A stretch of DNA of 64,000 nt, taken from Eledone cirrhosa. Its lineage: Eukaryota. Of the stretch, positions 57,001 to 64,000 are shown piece by piece; within the stretch, counting starts at the first letter, position 1, and each line of letters starts with the position of its first letter. The notes beneath the pieces are model-generated. The model did not search any database. It was not told where the DNA came from and saw nothing but the letters and a program-made list of their open reading frames with translations. Location: positions 320,602,001-320,666,000 of the forward strand of contig OZ024741.1 of assembly GCA_964016885.1 (NCBI GenBank), given 5' to 3'. The translations under genes and the position numbers were made by a program.

Positions 57001-57439
57001 CATTGTCTGCTTCGGGTGGTTCCTCCGTTCTCAGGACCTCCTCACCTTCATTTCCCGCCGGCTCGCTTGTCTGGCATACTACACCCGCCATCTCCAAGCC
57101 ATTCTCTCTGCTCAGTTCCTCCAGTTCCAGCTCGCTTATCCACCCATTAGTTCTTATTACCCGAGCCTGCCCGGCCAATTTTTGTTCATCTAATTTAAAT
57201 AAACCAATCTCGTTCCAGATGTTATGCATCCGTCTCCTGTAGCCCCTCTCCTTGGGGTTACTTTTCAGGTAGCATTGCATAACAGTTCTATTCAATTCTT
57301 TCGTCCAGTTGGTTCTGGCCCCTTTCCTTCTTCTTCTTCCTCCAACATCAGCAGTATTTGGTTGACAGTCAGGTTCCTGCTGCTGAGCCAGGGGGCACCT
57401 GTTGGGTGAGAGTCTGTCACATGACGTTCTAGTCTCCAT
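54047..57439 (-). CDS. Intact R4/Dong-type retrotransposon protein (RT + CCHC + restriction-like endonuclease), 1130 aa (Dong-2)
   Basis: Uninterrupted ORF; WIDYRKAFDMV, GIFQGDSLSP, FMDDLKL, YKYLG, CRIC..ETVAHIVSEC, RHD, RPDLVVVD..VDVACP..EKINRY; 3'UTR then (TAA)n at 53932-53970. Confidence 0.93.
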   Translation of the reverse strand: METRTSCDRLSPNRCPLAQQQEPDCQPNTADVGGRRRRKGARTNWTKELNRTVMQCYLKSNPKERGYRRRMHNIWNEIGLFKLDEQKLAGQARVIRTNGWISELELEELSRENGLEMAGVVCQTSEPAGNEGEEVLRTEEPPEADNDLNTEINNTWNRDTATEEMNADGLGQDSVDILNLVVDELNNDSGRPMNLRFVDRKKLKETTAKVNKVIPYLEARSLHQCNNILKATANTVRKLLGIKARGNNRQERAEPWWKKRLSGQIGEMRNDIGKLESLLNGTLKNIGTKNRLEIKYKTRSKKLNIIIEELKQRIVAKSAKIRRYENRVSQYKQNRMFDNNQKMLFGQLEGKERGNDLIPGAEQAKTFWRGIWEQDVRHNAQAGWIETVQREIGEQAQQQTDLSITVETLKGQAKKLTNWKSPGPDGVQGYWIKHLTSLHPKLTAMFNDCLVSGEVPEWLTKGTTVLIMKDRIKGNDVTNYRPITCLPVMWKLLTSIVSEEIYHHLHTNNLLPDEQKGCRKKSRGTKDQLLIDKMVMGNCRRRHTDLAMGWIDYRKAFDMVPHSWITKSLEIFRVADNIRQLLGRSMGSWETELTSTGVSLGSVKIKRGIFQGDSLSPLLFVLALMPLTIMLRKVRAGYKLGRGELTINHLLFMDDLKLFGKSEKELDVLVDTVRIFSSDISMQFGIGKCGVIVMRRGRLSRSNGIQIPTGEMIKEIDSEEGYKYLGILEADGIKNKKMKELLRTEYIRRVRSVLKSHLNSRNAISAVNSRAVSIIRYSAGILRWNVAEQKEMDRKTRKLLTIYNMFHKRSDVDRLYLRRSEGGRGLISIEDCVQMEKNNLYKYVTYSKEPMLRAVLKEGTVGQGIPKEEITSRRKSSLKGKSLHSTFFEKTEFRDPQTWNWLRRGDLKKATEGMLMAAQEQALKTKWLKHHIYKEEASPLCRICGEREETVAHIVSECKHLAQTHYKGWRHDVMGRVIHWHLCKVNNLPHSEKWYEHRPEAVMENSQVKVLWDFRIQTDKKLEHNRPDLVVVDKEKRSCLIVDVACPFDTRVQEKEREKINRYQDLKWEVKRIWNCHEVKVIPIVIGALGTISKGFQGWLKKIGPFTLFGTLQKACLLGTARTLRYVLNI

Positions 57440-58008
57440 TTCACCGTTATTCGAACTGTTTATGTTCGATATTTAAACACTCTTATCGAGGATTGGCGAA
57501 TGTATATTTACATAGCCATCTGTGGATCCGCCATCCCACTTGGCCCTTGTGTGGCATTATCACCACGCTGTATACGGACACACATAAACAAACAAACACA
57601 CGGGCAGAAAGGGCCCCAAAAATGAATAAGCATAAGTTTCATTGTAATGTAGTATTCGAATGTCTGACTTAGTTTTTGTTTTTTAAGTTTTACTTTTCCC
57701 CCCCTCTTCTCTGTCCGTCCGCCTGCTTCTCTCTTCATTCTTATTTTCTTTACGTTTTTGGGGTTTCTTTTTTTGTTTTTGTTTTTCTCTGTTTTTCTCG
57801 TTTTTTACTGTTGTTGCTGTGCTGCTTTTGTTGTTTGTTTTTTCTTTTTTCTTTTGAGTCTATCTATATATTTTGATGCCTTCCTCTTTGTTAGTAGTAG
57901 GAATTCTATAATGTGGAAGTGGTAGCCAGCAGAGACTGGCGGCGTTGGCGATACTGAGACAGTGGTGGTGGTGATGTCGATACCGAGGCAGTGGTGGCGG
58001 TGATGCGA

Positions 58009-58979
58009 CCGTATTACTGTAGTGATGGTGCTGTAGCGGTGGCAGCAGCAGTAAAGGAGTCAAGGGGTGGTGGCGGCGGTGATGGGATAGTGGTGGTAAT
58101 GATGGCCGTAGTGAGCGGTGGCGGTGAAGGTGAAAATGCTGTTGTGTTTAGTGTACACAGATGATGGGGTGGGTGGTGTATCTAGTTTCTGGTGTTGGTG
58201 AGTTTCGCTGTCCTATATAGTGTAGCCAGAGGAGAGGAGGGGGGGGGTTCTTCTTCTTCCATTTATAGCCATTTTATTTTTTTTTGGATATACAGTGTAC
58301 AATACAAAGTTGAATATTTGAATATTTGAGCCGTATTACTGTAGTGATGGTGCTGTAGCGGTGGCAGCAGCAGTGAAGGAGTCAAGGGGTGGTGGCGGCG
58401 GTGATGGGATAGTGGTGGTAATGATGGCCGTAGTGAGCGGTGGCGGTGAAGGTGAAAATGCTGTTGTGTTTAGTGTACACAGATGATGGGGTGGGTGGTG
58501 TATCTAGTTTCTGGTGTTGGTGAGTTTCGCTGTCCTATATAGTGTAGCCAGAGGAGAGGAGGGGGGGGGGTTCTTCTTCTTCCATTTATAGCCATTTTAT
58601 TTTTTTTTTGGATATACAGTGTACAATACAAAGTTGAATATTTGAATATTTGAGCCGTATTACTGTAGTGATGGTGCTGTAGCGGTGGCAGCAGCAGTGA
58701 AGGAGTCAAGGGGTGGTGGCGGCGGTGATGGGATAGTGGTGGTAATGATGGCCGTAGTGAGCGGTGGCGGTGAAGGTGAAAATGCTGTTGTGTTTAGTGT
58801 ACACAGATGATGGGGTGGGTGGTGTATCTAGTTTCTGGTGTTGGTGAGTTTAGCTGTCCTATATAGTGTAGCCAGAGGAGAGGAGGGGGGGGGGGGGGGT
58901 TCTTCTTCTTCCATTTATAGCCATTTTTTTTTGGATATACAGTGTACAATACAAAGTTGAATATTTGAATATTTGAGCC
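58009..58979. repeat. Three near-identical tandem copies of a ~323-bp unit
   Basis: Units start at 58009, 58331 and 58655; they differ mainly in homopolymer length. Confidence 0.95.
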
Positions 58980-59145
58980 TTATAACAATATATTTTGGGT
59001 CCGAATTTTTTTGGGGCTCAAGCCGGGTGCTTTACGTAGCATTTGTACTAAGAGTTGTTATTTCACAAATGATTTAAATATGTTAAAAATTCAAAACTTA
59101 CGGGAGCGATTTCATGACCTCCGTCACCTCGTGCGTCTTCTTCCC

Positions 59146-59185
<40 letters not shown>

Positions 59186-59196
59186 TATTATTATTA

Positions 59197-59712
59197 GGAC
59201 ATTTTCCTCTGTCTGGTGGCAGTTGCGAAAGAGATTATATGGTGGACCAGGTTGAAAGGACTAAAGACAGACACTTTTCTCTTCGGCCAATCCCTCATCA
59301 ACTTCTTCAAGTTTCACCTGGAAAGGAGGGTGAGGGTGGAGAGAGAAGTGCTGCCCCCCAGTACATTTGCTAAAAGGTGGGTGAATGTGGCTAGAATGAC
59401 CATGCGCCTATAGGCTGGCTAACTTGAGGAGAGGGGTGCTCTCCTGGGTGCCCTAGAAGCGCAGGGTGGTTCAGTATTGGTGGGGTACCCGAATCACCCC
59501 AGGTTCGTCCACCTCCTATCGGAGAATTTATTTTGTTATATTTATGCATAGTTTATTTTATATTTTTATATTTTCATTGTTAAATTAGTCTTGCCATTGT
59601 GCACTTTTACTCGACCTTATTGTAAACCCCCACTGTCCCTGTCTTTGTATTGTCCCCTACATGTCGGCCCTTGTGGCTAATAAATGAAATCATTATTATT
59701 ATTATTATTATT
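59197..59712 (+). mobile_element. Tx1/L1-type LINE 3' fragment between (ATT)n tracts
   Basis: ORF2 C-terminus and 3'UTR match 23000-23485. Confidence 0.9.
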
Positions 59713-59927
59713 GAATGCCATGGTTGACGGAGGCTCGGCTCTGTAAGGTATAGTAATTTTTAACCGTTAAAACAATTGTAAATTGTTTAAAACTTGAACC
59801 AAATTGTTGATAAAGACACCCTCCTCCTCGTGAGAGGGGTCTTTCTGTCCGTTATTTGGCCCTTCGGGGTTAAATAACCAGTTATTGGGGTTTTGTACCC
59901 AAAATTTCATTTTAAACAAAAAACAAC

Positions 59928-62024
59928 ATGGCTACGAAAAAGAAATTTCATACGTCACTCCCACTCATTCCGTCTTCTTCTTCCTCAATCATCACTACAG
60001 CAGAGAGAAGATTGTCTCTCTCCCTCCCTTCTTTAAATGTGTCTCTCTCCCTCCCTTCTCTTTCGCAAGTGACGAAAGAAAAGAAAAGTCTCGTGCAAAG
60101 CGTGCAAGGTTTCTCCACGACGACGACGACAGCGACGAAACAGGTGTGCGGGAAATACGAAAGCCCAGTTCATTCGTCTGACGTCAGGAATAATAGCAGT
60201 AGCAGCCGTAATAACAACAGCAACAGTGACAATGAAAACAACAGTAGCAGCCGCAACAGCATCACCAGCAGCATAAACAACAACAGCATTAGCAGCAGCA
60301 ACACCAACAACAACCACAGCAACAGCGGCGGAGGCAGTAGTCGTAGTACCTGCAGCAACAACAAAAGTACCAGCAGCTCTGACGACAACAACAACAGCAG
60401 AGAAAAACCAATTTCATTTGCAGGTATTGCGAAAAACTTGGAAACAATCCTCATAACAAATGAGGAATTAGAGGAAGCGAAGAAGATGGTGACAAAGAAC
60501 GGACACCGAGCAATCTGCAAGGCAGCGGAAAAATGTTTCGAAACCCAAGAGCACTGTACGGTCACGTACCGTACAGTAAGTACAAAATCCCGTAGGGTGG
60601 AAAGAGCCACAGAGGCCCAAATACAAAAAGCCTTGGGGTCTGTGTGGCAGCGGAAAACGCACATCACCCGAGGCAAAAAATATGCCACTGTAGACGTACT
60701 TTTTGCCACACCCCAGGAGGCAAAGGCCCAATCAGTAGTGACCCTAAGGAGCGAGGAAATGGTGTTGGTGCCCTCCTACTGCGGGCAAAAAATTGTGAGG
60801 GTCAAACTGACCCACGTCCCCCCCGGAATGACCCCTTCTTGGCTGGCCGCGTCTGTCCTCGTCGGAATCGAGGACAAAACAACTGTACTGCAAGTACAGA
60901 AAAAAGTAAGAGAAGATTGGGTCGGCTCCTCCATTGAGATGCTAATCCAAACCAACCAGGAGTGCATCGAAGCTATCCCGGATGTGATAGACTTCGATAA
61001 CGGCACTCAACTGCCCATAAGTGTTGAGGGCAAACGCCCGAAATGCTTTCGCTGTGGATCGAAGACTCACCTCAGGGCCTTCTGCAACGAGAAGACCCTG
61101 AGAAAGGAGAAAACCCCCCTCCTTCCGAATCCGGCTCCACGGCTACCAGCAACAGGACAAGCGGCAACCAGGAACGATAGGTCCGTGGCACCCATACCCA
61201 CTCCACGGAAATCAAAAACAGCAGCAGCAGTGGAAATATTAACAACAACAACAGCAATACCAAATGCAGCTGCAACAGAGACTCCAGTGCAAACATCACC
61301 AACAACAACAAGTGAAAGAGTGGAGCTGGTACCCCTCCCCGACCTCACAGAATCAGACATGGAGTGTGAGGTGGGAGAGGGATGGCAAAAGGTCGCAAGA
61401 AGGCACAAACGCAGAAGCAGCGCATCGTCGCCTTTGAAAAGGGAGGAAAGAAATGAGAAAAGGGTAAAGTCTACTGCAAAGAGACCCACAGCAGCAACAC
61501 CACCAACACCATCACCACCCACACCAGCACCAACATCACCACGGGCGACAACCCCACCGCCAACAACACCTTCAACACCACCACCACAAGCACCAACATC
61601 GCAAACACAACAACAAAACACACACACCCAGCAACAACGACAAGAAAATAGCAGAACCACACCCCACCCCCAGAAAAACAAATGCACGGCAATAAACACA
61701 CACAACAAGAAACTAATGACTTACATAATTGAACACACAGACATTTCACAACAGGACTACATAATACCAGCACCAATCAAAACGCCAACTAACATAAGAC
61801 TGCTAAAAATAGCAAAGAAACAATACACAAACATTAAAACGAAATTCCCCAACGCAGTTGGTGATTTCAGGGACCTAGGAGGAACCATCAATCGAAGAGT
61901 ATATTCAGACATTCTCTTAGAAGAGCCGACGACCAGCCGAAGGGACGATTCAACGGTCCCTTCACCAGACGATCAAGTGAAAAGGGATGTAAAAACCATC
62001 CCTCCTCTACAAAAAGTACGGTAA
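59928..62024 (+). CDS. Tx1/L1-type LINE ORF1, 698 aa, CCHC knuckle (Tx1-B)
   Basis: Open ORF; CFRCGSKTHLRAFC; homologous to Tx1-A ORF1. Confidence 0.9.
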   Translation: MATKKKFHTSLPLIPSSSSSIITTAERRLSLSLPSLNVSLSLPSLSQVTKEKKSLVQSVQGFSTTTTTATKQVCGKYESPVHSSDVRNNSSSSRNNNSNSDNENNSSSRNSITSSINNNSISSSNTNNNHSNSGGGSSRSTCSNNKSTSSSDDNNNSREKPISFAGIAKNLETILITNEELEEAKKMVTKNGHRAICKAAEKCFETQEHCTVTYRTVSTKSRRVERATEAQIQKALGSVWQRKTHITRGKKYATVDVLFATPQEAKAQSVVTLRSEEMVLVPSYCGQKIVRVKLTHVPPGMTPSWLAASVLVGIEDKTTVLQVQKKVREDWVGSSIEMLIQTNQECIEAIPDVIDFDNGTQLPISVEGKRPKCFRCGSKTHLRAFCNEKTLRKEKTPLLPNPAPRLPATGQAATRNDRSVAPIPTPRKSKTAAAVEILTTTTAIPNAAATETPVQTSPTTTSERVELVPLPDLTESDMECEVGEGWQKVARRHKRRSSASSPLKREERNEKRVKSTAKRPTAATPPTPSPPTPAPTSPRATTPPPTTPSTPPPQAPTSQTQQQNTHTQQQRQENSRTTPHPQKNKCTAINTHNKKLMTYIIEHTDISQQDYIIPAPIKTPTNIRLLKIAKKQYTNIKTKFPNAVGDFRDLGGTINRRVYSDILLEEPTTSRRDDSTVPSPDDQVKRDVKTIPPLQKVR

Positions 62025-62059
62025 GTGGTCTTTCCCATCTTTTCCACTCTATTTTAAAC

Positions 62060-64000
62060 ATGACCTCACTCAGAATAGGCAGCATAAATGCGCGTGGCTT
62101 GGGGTCGTCATGGAAGCAGGGTCACCTGCTCAACGATCTCAGGTCACTAAACATAGATGTAGTGGCCATCAGCGAGACCAGAATCTCCGAAGCACGGGCC
62201 TTCGCACCGATCTTCGGCAGCTACGATGTGTACGCATCTCCCAGCCGTCCTGGATCGGGTGAAGGAGTTGCTGTGCTTTTTCGGAGAGGTTTGGATCTCG
62301 CCATACGGGCCATCTTCCTGGACCCAGAGGGTAAGCTGGTGGTGCTGGACGTGACCAGCGGAGACGGACAAGCTTTCAGGCTAGTGGCCGTCTATGCCCC
62401 GACAGGAGCAGGGCGGCCTGATTTCTTCCGGCGTCTGGAGACCTTTCTTGGAACGTCCCGCTCTTTAGTGTTAGTGGGCGACTGGAACGGGATCTTAGAT
62501 GCACGCTGGGACTGTGTGGGATTAGCGGATAGGGGTGGAGGGTGCAAGAGCCTCACCAACCTGCTCAGGCGTTTTGAACTGTCTGACAGGTACCGATTGG
62601 ATTTCCCGAATGTGCCAATGTGGACTTGGACAAATCGCATAGGGTCATCCAGATCATATCTAGATAGAGTATTTTGTAGGGAAATAGATAGGTCTAGCAT
62701 AGGCTGTCCACAATTCAAGATAGTCAGCTACACGGACCACAAATTCGTGATCTGTGTGCTTGACTTAGATAGGCTTCATAGACGAGGACCCGGCTACTGG
62801 AAGCTAAACGCGTCCTTACCAGCGCGCAAGGCCTACAGAGACCGGATTAGCGAACTAGTTAAGCGGGCGTTGACGGGGGCCATCGTCAACAACAAGTGGT
62901 GGTTTGCTCTGAAAAGAGCGATTAGAATAGAATCGATTAGGTTTAGTAAGGCTTTAGCAATAGAGAAAAATAGAGCAGAGGGAGAACTAGTTAGAAAATT
63001 AGACGAGGCGCTTAGCAAAGGCATTGCGACCGACGTGCTTGCGGCGAAATTGGCCCTTGACCAATTCTTCAATGCAAAGCACGAAGGCTGCGTTGTCAGA
63101 GCAAGGGTGCGTGCTCTCAGACACGAGGGGACGAAAGCCGTTCAATGGGCCCGAGTGGCGGAGGCGCGTCGTGGCAACAAAGCCACGATCCGGTCTTTGG
63201 TGGACCACGACGGGCGCATGCTACTCGATCCCGGGCAAATGTGTGAAGCTTTTCAGCGACACTTCGCTCAGCTGTTCGGGGGCAGCGGTGGGCCGGGTAG
63301 AGGGATGGACTTTAGTGTCTACCTCGACGGACTGCCGCGGCTCTCGGCCACTGAGGCAAAGTGTTGCGAAAAGCCGATAACAGCCGCTGAAGTAAGGGAG
63401 GCAATGATTGGCTGCACAAGGGGTAAATCGCCTGGTTTGGATGGTCTGCCCTATGAACTTTACGTACAGATGCCAGACTTGTTCGGAGGCCTCTTGGCGG
63501 ACGTCTACTGCAACTGGCAACAGAACGGGAGAATTCCCAGTTCTGTGAGCCGAGGAGCGGTGGCACTGCTGAGAAAGGATCCGAACAAGGGGGATAACAT
63601 AGACAATTTCCGGCCCATAACTCTGCTAAACACAGAGTTTAAGATTTTGGCCAAGGTGCTAGCAAAGAGGTTGGCGCTTGTCGTTGGTGGTCTGGTGGGA
63701 GAGGCGCAGACATGCGCCATTCCCGACAGATCCATCCACGACAACCTCCACCTCATGCGATACATCGTAGAGAGGGTAGCTAGGGAACCTGGCACGGGTG
63801 GGTCCTTGATCAATTTAGATCAGTCGAAAGCTTTCGATAGGGTCGACCATCGTTACCTAGCGGCAGTCCTGAGGGCGGCTGGCTTTGGGCCCGTCTTCAG
63901 AGGCTGGATCGCTGCCATGCACAGCGACATCTGCTCTGTGGTGAGAGTGAACGGTCACCTGTCGGAACCGTTCAACATCATGCGCTCGGTCCGCCAAGGA
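62060..64000 (+). CDS. Tx1/L1-type LINE ORF2 (APE + RT), runs off the window end
   Basis: ATG at 62060: MTSLRIGSINARGL, GDWN, SYLDRVF, TDH, FRPITLLN, LDQSKAFDRVDH, SVRQG; no stop seen, and the ORF is absent from the track, consistent with being unterminated. Confidence 0.9.
   Translation, partial: MTSLRIGSINARGLGSSWKQGHLLNDLRSLNIDVVAISETRISEARAFAPIFGSYDVYASPSRPGSGEGVAVLFRRGLDLAIRAIFLDPEGKLVVLDVTSGDGQAFRLVAVYAPTGAGRPDFFRRLETFLGTSRSLVLVGDWNGILDARWDCVGLADRGGGCKSLTNLLRRFELSDRYRLDFPNVPMWTWTNRIGSSRSYLDRVFCREIDRSSIGCPQFKIVSYTDHKFVICVLDLDRLHRRGPGYWKLNASLPARKAYRDRISELVKRALTGAIVNNKWWFALKRAIRIESIRFSKALAIEKNRAEGELVRKLDEALSKGIATDVLAAKLALDQFFNAKHEGCVVRARVRALRHEGTKAVQWARVAEARRGNKATIRSLVDHDGRMLLDPGQMCEAFQRHFAQLFGGSGGPGRGMDFSVYLDGLPRLSATEAKCCEKPITAAEVREAMIGCTRGKSPGLDGLPYELYVQMPDLFGGLLADVYCNWQQNGRIPSSVSRGAVALLRKDPNKGDNIDNFRPITLLNTEFKILAKVLAKRLALVVGGLVGEAQTCAIPDRSIHDNLHLMRYIVERVAREPGTGGSLINLDQSKAFDRVDHRYLAAVLRAAGFGPVFRGWIAAMHSDICSVVRVNGHLSEPFNIMRSVRQG

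Noticed and set aside
51825-57409. Plus-strand ORFs overlapping the Dong elements (and minus-strand ORFs over the Tx1 elements)
   Set aside because: They are antisense shadows of retrotransposon coding sequence.
57440-57510. HDV-like ribozyme upstream of the Dong-2 ORF
   Set aside because: TCCTCG and P2/P4-like stems are present, but no P1/P1.1 pairing or properly placed catalytic C could be assigned.
58009-58979. 323-bp tandem repeat as another retrozyme
   Set aside because: No CUGANGA/GAAA core was found on either strand and there are no (TA)n flanks.

Overview
Eukaryotic, AT-rich, microsatellite-dense DNA. The repeat landscape is consistent with an octopod cephalopod (inference, not verified). 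No host protein-coding gene can be confidently called, and almost all short ORFs in the track are microsatellite artefacts. Contents: 14 copies of a tRNA-headed SINE, two copies of a second SINE family, a non-autonomous Helitron, a 7.7-kb minisatellite array, decayed RTE/CR1/HERO-like LINE fragments, and a Penelope-like (PLE) GIY-YIG inverted dimer. The last ~19 kb is a stack of Tx1/L1-type and R4/Dong-type non-LTR retrotransposons, each separated by an (ATT)n tract. The main unexplained signal is a set of small non-coding inserts in (TA)n tracts. They carry type I hammerhead ribozyme motifs from several distinct sequence families (8 complete or near-complete motifs plus half and degenerate ones). 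Most share a tandem-repeat and/or fold-back architecture, which suggests a PLE-mobilised, (TA)n-targeted retrozyme-like system. All RNA pairings were read by eye and none has been computed or tested.
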